This document shows positions 37,951 through 46,384 of a DNA stretch of 64,000 nt, piece by piece. Source of the DNA: Paraflavitalea soli (GTDB taxonomy: Bacteria; Bacteroidota; Bacteroidia; Chitinophagales; Chitinophagaceae); NCBI RefSeq assembly GCF_003555545.1, contig NZ_CP032157.1, positions 188,546 to 252,545 on the forward strand, written 5' to 3'. The first letter of the stretch is position 1. Each line of letters starts with the position of its first letter. The notes beneath the pieces were generated by a model that worked only from the letters and a program-made list of their open reading frames with translations, was not told where the DNA came from and searched no databases. The position numbers and the translations under genes are program-made.

Positions 37951-38577
37951 CTTCAATACATCAAAATCCACTACCCGGCGCAGGTATTTTTTGTCCTGGA
38001 TGACCCAGGTATATTCATTGCCTTTATACGCCGTATTCAAGAGGTAGATATAATAAGAGCGTCCGTCATTGGAAATGAAAACGCCATTGCGGGTTTTGGA
38101 ACTGCCGTCCTTGTCCTGGTAAAAAAAGCTGGGTTCATAGAGGTCAAAATAAGCGGAGGGGGGAATCACTACCGTATCCTTGCCCATCATGACCGTGATG
38201 GATTCGATGGTCACGCGGGGCATCTCTCCATAATTGCCATAGTAGGGCTTGCCATCCACTTTCACTACATGCTTTTCTTCCAGCATGATCTTGTGTTTGG
38301 ACGGATCAAATATGCCGGTTTTGATCGTCACCTGTATCTGGTCGTTGGCCCAGGTCATATAATTACTTCCATACGATTTGACGGGTACTGATTTCAGGGG
38401 CAATTTGGTAATGCTTTCATCGATACCGGCCATGAGGAAAGAAGCCAGTTCGGCCCGGATATCCTTTTGCTGCATTTTTGAAAAGTTGTCCTTCTTGTTG
38501 CGGAAATCGCGGAACTCATCATCCTGTGCCAGGGCAAGGGTGCTGCAAAGGAGTAATATCGGCAGTATGATACGCAT
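37948..38577 (-). CDS. secreted hypothetical protein (209 aa)
   Basis: Signal peptide MRIILPILLLCSTLALAQ; no recognisable domain; sits immediately downstream of sialidase-1, same strand. Confidence 0.55.
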   Translation of the reverse strand: MRIILPILLLCSTLALAQDDEFRDFRNKKDNFSKMQQKDIRAELASFLMAGIDESITKLPLKSVPVKSYGSNYMTWANDQIQVTIKTGIFDPSKHKIMLEEKHVVKVDGKPYYGNYGEMPRVTIESITVMMGKDTVVIPPSAYFDLYEPSFFYQDKDGSSKTRNGVFISNDGRSYYIYLLNTAYKGNEYTWVIQDKKYLRRVVDFDVLK

Positions 38578-38794
38578 AGTCAGGAATTTGGATGAAACAC
38601 GAATTTAATACGCGATCACCATACCAGCAAGATGCGTGTTATTGTGTGAAAGACAAGTTAAAGAATGTCGAATTTAGCATGTAGGATTTAGAATTGCTCC
38701 GCCACCTAAGCAATTTGCCAATCAGCAAGTGCATAATTAGCCAGCTCTTTAAGACAAAAGAATCCGAAATCCTACATGCTACATCCGGGATCGC

Positions 38795-40048
38795 TTACGG
38801 TTCCGTAGCTCCATTCAATATCCAGGGCAGGTTGAACTTGTGGAATTCAATAGAACGGTGGCTGGTGGCGTTGTTGCTCACATCTTCATTGATCTCGATC
38901 AGGGCACCTACGGCATAGTCAGCCGTTTTGGCCATGCTGGAATAGCCGCCTTTGCCCTGGTCGCAGGTTTCTTCATCCGTGAGCCAGTCGTGTGTTCTCC
39001 GGCTGATGGGCCAGGTAACTCCTTCATCATAGCTGACGCGGATGCGCATCTTGCACCTTCTTTCTGTGCTGGCCGGGTTGAGGAAGAAGATACGGCTGGG
39101 CTCGCCGGTGTACCGCAATACCGAGCCTTCGCATTTGGGATCCAGCAGTACATCGTGCGGGGCAAAAGCGCTGAAGCCATTTTCGATGCTGCCTTTGGAT
39201 ATCCAGCGTCTTTTGGCCGTTTCAAATTGTGCTGTGCCGGGCCGGTCATTGCGCATGAGCGTGCCATCCATCAACTCGATGATCGTAGGTTCGCCCGATC
39301 CGCTGGGCACCAGTTGGTAATGCCAGGTGGCGCCATGGTCATCACTGTAAATGTTTCTCCGGTTGGCGGGAATGATCAGGCGGCCAGCGTGGGCATTGCT
39401 GGTTTGCAGTCCTGCACCGGGGCCCATGGCATCCCAGGCAAAGCCGGGCGGCAGCAGGGAACTGGTCTTGTCGACCGGGGTAGCCCAGGTAACGCCATCG
39501 TCATCACTCCAGGAAACATACACTTTGCGTTCGCCCCAGGTGTCGATAGGGTCATAGCCGTCAGTGCCTCCCTGGTTGGTGGTGCCGGAGTTCCAGGACA
39601 TCCACAGCCATATCCGCCCGGTGTTGCGGTCTACCACAGCTGTGGGGTTGCCCCAGGTACCGGGGCCTACGCCCACTACTTCCCCCAGGGCGCTCCAGGT
39701 GCTGCCATTGTTGGTCGAGCGCTTGAATACCAGGTTGATATTACCATAATCCTTGTTGTCGGCCATGCGGCCTTCGGCAAAAGCGATGAGCGTGCCGCTG
39801 TTGGCGCGCACGATGGATGGGATGCGATAGGAGTGATACCCTTCCGAGCCGCCATTAAACAGTACCATGGTGTTGTGATAAGGAGCGGCAGCTGCGGCGG
39901 CATTGGTGGCCAGTTCTTCATCAGCGGCGGCGGTGAGCGGTTCAGCAGGAACAGGGGTTACATGCCGGGTGCAGGAGCTGGCGAAAGCCAGGGCTACCAG
40001 TAACAGCGAGGCATAGCAGGGCCTCCATAAGAAAGGTTTCTTTTTCAT
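38795..40048 (-). CDS. exo-alpha-sialidase (GH33), lipoprotein
   Basis: 'YRIPSIV' (RIP motif); Asp-box repeats 'STNNGSTW', 'SDDDGVTW', 'SDDHGATW', 'SYDEGVTW'; lipobox 'AFASSC'. 417 aa. Confidence 0.9.
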   Translation of the reverse strand: MKKKPFLWRPCYASLLLVALAFASSCTRHVTPVPAEPLTAAADEELATNAAAAAAPYHNTMVLFNGGSEGYHSYRIPSIVRANSGTLIAFAEGRMADNKDYGNINLVFKRSTNNGSTWSALGEVVGVGPGTWGNPTAVVDRNTGRIWLWMSWNSGTTNQGGTDGYDPIDTWGERKVYVSWSDDDGVTWATPVDKTSSLLPPGFAWDAMGPGAGLQTSNAHAGRLIIPANRRNIYSDDHGATWHYQLVPSGSGEPTIIELMDGTLMRNDRPGTAQFETAKRRWISKGSIENGFSAFAPHDVLLDPKCEGSVLRYTGEPSRIFFLNPASTERRCKMRIRVSYDEGVTWPISRRTHDWLTDEETCDQGKGGYSSMAKTADYAVGALIEINEDVSNNATSHRSIEFHKFNLPWILNGATEP

Positions 40049-40079
40049 AGACCAGTTCGTTTTAGTGATTATATGTTGT

Positions 40080-40092
40080 TATGTAATACATA
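40080..40092. promoter_or_regulatory. palindromic candidate operator TATGTAATACATA upstream of sialidase-1
   Basis: Near-perfect palindrome 32-44 nt upstream of the 40048 start codon; fits the GntR/FadR-type 'nGTnnnACn' operator pattern; related sites at 41108-41120 and 41284-41296. Confidence 0.4.
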
Positions 40093-40140
40093 ATCAAATT
40101 AGGCAATCTGGCTGAAATGGCAAAAAGAAGTGGGGAAAAG

Positions 40141-40235
40141 TCCGGAAGTCCGGAAGTCCAGGGAAGACCGGAAAAAGCGGGGCGGAGGCTGTATTGCTTT
40201 CCGACTTACTGACTTTACCGACTTTCGGACTACAG
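40141..40235. repeat. octamer tandem repeat GAAGTCCG x3 followed by its inverted version (CCGACTT/ACTGACTT/TCGGACTA)
   Basis: 'gtccggaagtccggaagtccagggaagaccgg ... tccgacttactgactttaccgactttcggactac', read directly; lies between the sialidase-1 start and the regulator stop. Confidence 0.7.
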
Positions 40236-40386
40236 GGAGTAAGACTGCCGGCACATAGCCCGGATACTTTCTCCGTATTGCCTACGCCCCTTAGTACACT
40301 GGCCCCTTTTCATTGAGCGGTCAGGCAATCCGGAGGCAATGCGTAGAACATGCGCAGGCAATGTGCAGGCCCTTGGGTAGTTGCCC

Positions 40387-41082
40387 CTACAGGTGCTCCA
40401 GGTGGGGCAGCAGGTGCTGGCGCATGGCATTAGGAAATTCTTCGGGTTTATTGCCGTGGAGGATCTTCACGAGGTCGGCATGGGTGACGGAGCCCACGGA
40501 AGTATGTTCCAGTTTGGATTCGTATTCGACCACGTATTCGAATACCGGCATCAGGATCGTCTGAAAACGCTTTAGCGTCTCATTCCCGGCCATTTCGTAG
40601 AGGGTGGAGTGGAAGTCCACCTCGCAGCGAACGCGCTCAATAGCGGTGCTCGCACGGCGCTCTCGTTCCACGATAGCGTCGAGCTGCTGCAGGTGTTCGG
40701 GGGTCTTGCGACGGAAGAGGAGGTCGCCCAGGCCTATTTCCAGCACGATGCGAAGTTCGAACAGCTCTTTGCGCACGTTCATATCCAGCATGTTAGGGTG
40801 CAATATGCGTTCCAGTCCCTTCATCACATCGGGCTGGGTGAGGATCATACCGCGCTTTTTCCTGGACTCGATCATGCCCAGCATACGCAGCCGGCTCAGG
40901 GCCTCCCGTACCACATTGCGGCTTACACCCAGCGCTTCGGCGATCTCCATTTCCTTGGGGATGGCATCGCCCGGCCGGATCGACCGCTTGATGATATAAT
41001 CACGCAATTGGGTTTCCACCTGGTCGGCCATGGTGAGGGAGGCTATAGGCTTCAGTTTAAATAGTTCCTGATCCATCTTCAT
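40387..41082 (-). CDS. GntR-family regulator with FadR C-terminal domain (FCD); NanR-like candidate regulator of the sialoglycan locus
   Basis: wHTH 'IPKEMEIAEALGVSRNVVREALSRLRMLGMIESRKKRGMIL' + all-helical FCD. True start may be the internal Met (MADQVE.., 41031). Confidence 0.85.
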   Translation of the reverse strand: MKMDQELFKLKPIASLTMADQVETQLRDYIIKRSIRPGDAIPKEMEIAEALGVSRNVVREALSRLRMLGMIESRKKRGMILTQPDVMKGLERILHPNMLDMNVRKELFELRIVLEIGLGDLLFRRKTPEHLQQLDAIVERERRASTAIERVRCEVDFHSTLYEMAGNETLKRFQTILMPVFEYVVEYESKLEHTSVGSVTHADLVKILHGNKPEEFPNAMRQHLLPHLEHL

Positions 41083-41272
41083 AAAAGCAAATGTAGTAAA
41101 GAGTGTTGATATGTAATACTTAATAGGCCGCTTTATTCACCTTCGCTATCGCCCTTGTCAACCTGCTATTTTTCTGGGTATTTCCCCATTTCTGCTGTAA
41201 TCATCTATTTATCAAGTATATGACTTTACATTAAATTTCTGCCCAAAAAGTTGGCCGCATAGAGGAGTTCCC

Positions 41273-41296
41273 TATATTTGTGATATGTAGTACATA
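41273..41296 (+). promoter_or_regulatory. candidate SusC promoter: Bacteroidetes -7 box TATATTTG (41273-41280) overlapping palindrome TATGTAGTACATA (41284-41296)
   Basis: TAnnTTTG consensus matched exactly; the palindrome sits where the transcription start is expected. Second related site ATATGTAATACT at 41108-41120. Confidence 0.35.
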
Positions 41297-41328
41297 ATAA
41301 TCTACTAACAAGCTAACGCACGCCATTT

Positions 41329-44300
41329 ATGAAAAAACTGATCTCCTGCCTCACACTGGGCTGCTGGTTAATGCTCTCTTTAGTGGCAACCGCCCAGGAT
41401 ACTGAACTGGTGGTGACGGGCACCGTTACCAGGGCTGGCTCTTCCGAAAAATTGTCCAACGTTACGGTCTCCCTTAAAGGTACATCCCGGGCTACAGCAA
41501 CGGATGCCAACGGACAATATTCCTTAAAAGTAAATGATCCCAGGGGCATATTGGTATTTACCTATGTGGGCTTCGGGGAAAAAGAATCTTCCATCAATGG
41601 CCGCAGCCGCATCGATATGGTACTGGATGCTGCCAATACCACCCTTACGGATATCGTGGTAGTCGGATATGCACAGCAATCTAGGACCAAGATCACCGCC
41701 GCGGTATCGAAGCTCAATCCTGAAGAGTTGAAAAATACCTCCAACCCCAATCCCGTGCAGGCCATGCAGGGAAAGATCGCCGGGGTATCCATTCCAATAG
41801 GTACGGGGCAGCCGGGCGCCGGGGCTCCCAATATCATTATCCGTGGCGGCACCAAACTCAATGCCTATGGTTCGGGCCTGGGCAACGCAAATGGTAATCC
41901 ATTGGGCGCTACTGATGGCACCAGTCCGCTGGTGATCATCGATGGGGTGTTCAGGTCATTGAATGATATCAACCCCGATAATATAGAGTCGCTGCAGGTG
42001 ATGAAAGATGCGGCTTCTACGGCGCCTTATGGAGCGCAGGGCGCCAATGGTGTTATTGTGGTGAAAACAAAAGGCGGCAAGTTCAACAGCAAGATGGGCC
42101 TCACGATCAATCACCGTACCACCTGGGAAACACCCGCCCGTGATTATAAATACCTCAACGCCGATCAGTACCTGCCGCTGGCACGTACCACGGTGAAAAA
42201 TACATTTGATGGGCTGGATAAGAACAACCTGCTCAACAATGGCGGCTTTTCTGCCGGCACCCGGGTGTACACGGCCAAAGGACAGTATGGTAATAGTATT
42301 AACCTTACAGCGCTCTATGATAATATAGTAGCTATCGAGGGACAAGCCTATGTTGACAACCTGCTGGCCCACGGTTATAAAACGATGGATGATCCTATTA
42401 ATCCCGGTACCAAACTGCTCTATGCGGATAACCATTACCAGGATATGATCTGGGTAACGGGACTTACCAATAATACCAATGTGTCGATCGATGGGGGCAG
42501 TGAAAAAGCCAGCTACAATATGAGCGCCGGTTATACCAACCAGGAAGGCAGTTTTGTAGGCACCCGCTATAAGCGCTACGATGTACTGGGCAATTTCAGT
42601 TTCAAAGCAACGGAGAATTTCCGCATCGACGCCATGATCAATTACCAGAATGTGCTGCCCAACTTTGTAGATGCTTACCAGAATGAACTGGTGCGCGGCA
42701 CACGCATCACACCGCTCATCCGTATCTATAAGGATGATGGCAATCCCACACCGGGCGAACTATACACCGTGCGCAACCGCTTCCATACGCTGAAGTATGA
42801 TGATTTCCGGGTGAATACGGAGCGACTGATCAGCCGGGTGGCCGGTGACCTTACCATTATGAAGGGCCTGCACTGGAAACCTGCTTTCTCTTATGCGATC
42901 CAGGATTACCGGGAGTTGTTCATGCGCAAGGCTACACCTTCCAATGAAATACAACCTTCTACTCAACGGCAGAAGAACGAATACACGGATAATATGCGTG
43001 ACCTGATGACGGATCAGATCCTGCAATATGATTTCAATGTGGGCGGTGATCACCAGTTCATGGTGCTGGGTGGTTTCAACTTCCGCAAGGTGACGAACAG
43101 TATTATCAGCATTGGTTCACAAAGAGCCAACAACGATTATATCTATACCATTGTAGAGCCGGCCACTACGGTGATCGGCGGTGTGGTAACTTCCAATGTT
43201 ACCAATTTTGCCACCACGCTGAAAGAACAACGTTCAGTGAGCTTCTTTGGCCAGTTTGCTTATGATTACAACAATAAGTATTTGCTGGGTGGTTCACTGC
43301 GCTATGATGGTTTTTCCAACTTTGCACCGGGCAACCGGTATGCTACCTTCCCGTCCCTCTCGGCGGGTTGGAACATCCACAAAGAAAACTTCTGGAAGGT
43401 GAAACCGGTAAGCTCCCTGAAATTACGGGCCAGCTGGGGTACGAGTGGATTGAGCGGACTTGAGCTGGTTGATACCTATGGCGGTTATGGTGCTACGCAA
43501 TATGCAGTAGGCTCCGGCGTGCTCCGTACCAACCTTTCCAATCCCAACCTGGTATGGGAAAGCACGGAAACCACGGACCTGGCGCTGGATGCGGGTTTCT
43601 TACAAGACCGGTTGACCTTCTCCATCGATTTTTATAATAAACTCACCAAAGACAGGCTGGCTTCCAAACCGCTGCCTTCCGAAGCGCCCTTCCCTTCCAT
43701 TACCTACAACAATGGGGTATTGCAGAACAAAGGAGTAGAAATAGAACTGGGCGGTACAGTGATCCGCTCCCGGTCATTTACCTGGAGGGCCAATATCTCT
43801 TTTGCATACAACAAAACCCTTGTGAAGGAACTGCCTGGCAATGGCCGGGCCAAGAACCGCCAGGGTGGTGATGTAGTATATGATCCTGTTTCCAAACAAA
43901 ACATAGAAGCCGGCGGCTTTGCTGAAGGGGAACGTCCTTATGGTCTGTGGGCTTACAAGGTACTTGGTGTATTTGCTACGGAAGCGGAAGCTGCTGCCTG
44001 GAATGCGACTACCAAAGATAACCTGGCCTCACCCTCTGGCATAGCTGTAAAGAAACATGCCGGTGATTTCAACTTTGCCGATATCAACGCTGATGGCGTC
44101 ATTGATAGCAGGGACCAGGTATTTATGGGATACCGCACACCCGATAAGATAGGCGGTATGCAGAACACCTTTACCTATAAAGGTATTTCCCTGCGCATCG
44201 CTGTTGACTACGCCCTCGGTCACCTCATCAGCAATGGTGCGCTGGCACGCTCACTGGGTACAGGCCGGGCCTTCAACGAAGGAGCGCCTGCAGAAGCACT

Positions 44301-44679
44301 GGGCGGCGATATCTGGCAGAAGGAAGGCGATGCCGGTAAAAAATATGCGCGTTTCTCTTTTGCTGATTTTGATTTTGGCCAGCGCAATTATCTCCGTGGC
44401 GCTACGCTGGGTGTTAACCAGTCTTATTCTTCCGATGTATCGGTGATGATCGAGAAAGGTGATTTCCTGGCTTTCCGGGAGATAGCGCTTTCCTATGATG
44501 TGCCTAAAGCGATCCTGAAGAAAATACGCGCAACCAATTTGAATGTATTTGCCAGCGTGTTCAACCTCGGGTACATCACCAAATACAAAGGACTGAACCC
44601 GGAGAGCTATGCGGGCTTTGATCCCGGTGGGTATCCCAGACCGAGACAGTTTTCGCTGGGCGCGACGTTGAAATTTTAG
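41329..44679 (+). CDS. SusC/RagA-family TonB-linked outer-membrane protein (sialoglycan PUL, pair 1)
   Basis: 1116 aa; CarbopepD_reg N-domain, plug ('IESLQVMKDAASTAPYGAQGANGVIVVKTKGG'), C-terminal barrel ending 'GATLKF'. Confidence 0.95.
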   Translation: MKKLISCLTLGCWLMLSLVATAQDTELVVTGTVTRAGSSEKLSNVTVSLKGTSRATATDANGQYSLKVNDPRGILVFTYVGFGEKESSINGRSRIDMVLDAANTTLTDIVVVGYAQQSRTKITAAVSKLNPEELKNTSNPNPVQAMQGKIAGVSIPIGTGQPGAGAPNIIIRGGTKLNAYGSGLGNANGNPLGATDGTSPLVIIDGVFRSLNDINPDNIESLQVMKDAASTAPYGAQGANGVIVVKTKGGKFNSKMGLTINHRTTWETPARDYKYLNADQYLPLARTTVKNTFDGLDKNNLLNNGGFSAGTRVYTAKGQYGNSINLTALYDNIVAIEGQAYVDNLLAHGYKTMDDPINPGTKLLYADNHYQDMIWVTGLTNNTNVSIDGGSEKASYNMSAGYTNQEGSFVGTRYKRYDVLGNFSFKATENFRIDAMINYQNVLPNFVDAYQNELVRGTRITPLIRIYKDDGNPTPGELYTVRNRFHTLKYDDFRVNTERLISRVAGDLTIMKGLHWKPAFSYAIQDYRELFMRKATPSNEIQPSTQRQKNEYTDNMRDLMTDQILQYDFNVGGDHQFMVLGGFNFRKVTNSIISIGSQRANNDYIYTIVEPATTVIGGVVTSNVTNFATTLKEQRSVSFFGQFAYDYNNKYLLGGSLRYDGFSNFAPGNRYATFPSLSAGWNIHKENFWKVKPVSSLKLRASWGTSGLSGLELVDTYGGYGATQYAVGSGVLRTNLSNPNLVWESTETTDLALDAGFLQDRLTFSIDFYNKLTKDRLASKPLPSEAPFPSITYNNGVLQNKGVEIELGGTVIRSRSFTWRANISFAYNKTLVKELPGNGRAKNRQGGDVVYDPVSKQNIEAGGFAEGERPYGLWAYKVLGVFATEAEAAAWNATTKDNLASPSGIAVKKHAGDFNFADINADGVIDSRDQVFMGYRTPDKIGGMQNTFTYKGISLRIAVDYALGHLISNGALARSLGTGRAFNEGAPAEALGGDIWQKEGDAGKKYARFSFADFDFGQRNYLRGATLGVNQSYSSDVSVMIEKGDFLAFREIALSYDVPKAILKKIRATNLNVFASVFNLGYITKYKGLNPESYAGFDPGGYPRPRQFSLGATLKF

Positions 44680-44683
44680 GTGT

Positions 44684-44805
44684 TCGCTGTTAGGTATTAG
44701 CTGTTAGCAATACAGAATACAGAATACAGAATACAAAAACGTCCATGGCCACGAGCAAAGGGCTAACAGCTAAAAGCTAAAAGCTAACTCCCAAAGGCTA
44801 AGAAC
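44684..44805 (+). repeat. heptamer tandem repeats after SusC stop: (CAGAATA)x3-4 family at 44684-44739 and (GCTAAAA/GCTAACA) family at 44756-44805
   Basis: 'cgctgttaggtattagctgttagcaatacagaatacagaatacagaatacaaaaac' and 'ggctaacagctaaaagctaaaagctaact', read directly. Confidence 0.85.
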
Positions 44806-44833
44806 TTCATTCAAAACAAAAAATATTCAGGAT

Positions 44834-46300
44834 ATGAAAAATATTACAGGAATAACCATCTTGCTCATCAGCGTGCTGCTGGGTAGTTGCGATAAATTGC
44901 TGGAGGTAGATCCCCAGTCCACCATTACTGAAGAAACCTATTGGCAGAATGAGGGTGATTTTGAGCCCTACGTTACAGGCATCTATACCTATATGCGCAG
45001 CTTTGCCAACAATACCACCTATGGCACAGAAAGGGGAGAAGAATTGGTATCTGCGCTCAACTCCCGCTTTGGCGTAGCCTGGTCACAGACCATTTCCCCC
45101 TCTTCGGGCGCCATCAATTACAATGACTGGTACAAGGCCATCGGCCATTGTAACCTGCTGCTGGAAAAAATAAAAGGATTTGCTTTTGCTTCCAATCCTG
45201 ACACGCGCAAGCGGATCATCGCAGAAACGTATAGCTTGCGTGCCTACTGCTATTTCCATTTAACACGCATTATAGGCGACGCTCCCCTGATGCTGCAGGC
45301 GGTGGTAGATGAAAATGTGCCCCTGCTGCCCCGCTCCAGTGCGGCCGATGTGGTGAAGCAGATCAGGAAGGACCTTGATTCTGCTATCAACCTGTTTAGC
45401 TCCATGAGCAACTTCAATGCGAAGACCTATCCCTCCAAATACCGTTTTGCTTATGGTTCGGCCCAGGCGCTGAAGGCAGATGTATGCCTGTGGAGTGGTA
45501 AAGTAACGGGCGGTGGCGATGCTGCTTTCAATGATGCCATTACAGCCATCAATGAAGTGGAAGCTTCAGGCGTGACCCTCAATACCGATTTTAAAAATGT
45601 AACAGGTGTGCGTGCCGGCGCCAATTCTGAAGTAATCCTGGCGGCGTATTACCTGCGTGATGAAAGCGGTACCAACTATGCATTGAATGCATTGCCTTAC
45701 CTGCTGGGCGTACAGGGAGCTTTGAACCTCGACAGCTTGCCCTGGGTAGCAGCGGTGGGTAATGGACAGGGCGCCTACCAGATCAGCCCCAAATCCAAAG
45801 CACTGTTTGATGCCTTTCCCAACGACAAACGCAGACCCTATACCTGGATCACCGAACGGCAAAGCTCCGGCCCTAAAATATCCTGGATCACCAAATATCC
45901 AGGCACCAAATACCCTGATGACCGCATCTCTGATAATGACATCCTTATTTACCGGCTGGCTGATATTTTCCTGCTGAAAGCAGAAGCCTATGCCGCCTTG
46001 AATAATACCAGCGATGCCATTATTTATCTAAACAAAGTACGGGCACGTACAGGCAATGGCGATTACACAGGCGCCACGGATAAAGTGACCGTAGAGAAAG
46101 AAATACTGAATGAAAGAGGCCGTGAACTGTTCTTTGAGAACAAACGGTGGTTTGACCTGGTGCGCTTTCATAAAGGCGGCACGATCAACGTATATACCTA
46201 TGTGCCCAACCTGGTGGGGAAAACTACGCCTTTGTTCTGGCCACTGAATACGACGGTATTGGCCAATAACAATCAACTTATTCAAACTGACGGGTACTAA
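44834..46300 (+). CDS. SusD/RagB-family lipoprotein (pair 1)
   Basis: Lipobox 'LLGSCDK'; 488 aa; SusD-like helical protein directly after SusC. Confidence 0.9.
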   Translation: MKNITGITILLISVLLGSCDKLLEVDPQSTITEETYWQNEGDFEPYVTGIYTYMRSFANNTTYGTERGEELVSALNSRFGVAWSQTISPSSGAINYNDWYKAIGHCNLLLEKIKGFAFASNPDTRKRIIAETYSLRAYCYFHLTRIIGDAPLMLQAVVDENVPLLPRSSAADVVKQIRKDLDSAINLFSSMSNFNAKTYPSKYRFAYGSAQALKADVCLWSGKVTGGGDAAFNDAITAINEVEASGVTLNTDFKNVTGVRAGANSEVILAAYYLRDESGTNYALNALPYLLGVQGALNLDSLPWVAAVGNGQGAYQISPKSKALFDAFPNDKRRPYTWITERQSSGPKISWITKYPGTKYPDDRISDNDILIYRLADIFLLKAEAYAALNNTSDAIIYLNKVRARTGNGDYTGATDKVTVEKEILNERGRELFFENKRWFDLVRFHKGGTINVYTYVPNLVGKTTPLFWPLNTTVLANNNQLIQTDGY

Positions 46301-46348
46301 AAGAATACAGAATCCAGTATATAGAATACAGAATTGAATACAGTATCT
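46300..46348 (+). repeat. heptamer tandem repeat (GAATACA family) after SusD stop
   Basis: 'aagaatacagaatccagtatatagaatacagaattgaatacagtatctg', read directly. Confidence 0.8.
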
Positions 46349-46384
46349 GCGATTGAACCCCCCCAACCTACATAACTGACCGCT

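Noticed and set aside
38840-40003. Long antisense ORFs inside GC-rich genes (38840..40003 + 387 aa opposite sialidase-1; 36863..37762 + opposite the DUF3592-like gene; 15493..16140 + opposite GH3; 59772..60539 - opposite the SSS domain)
   Set aside because: Each lies wholly inside a gene with strong family motifs on the other strand; their products are Gly/Ala/Arg-rich with no motifs. Typical high-GC shadow ORFs.
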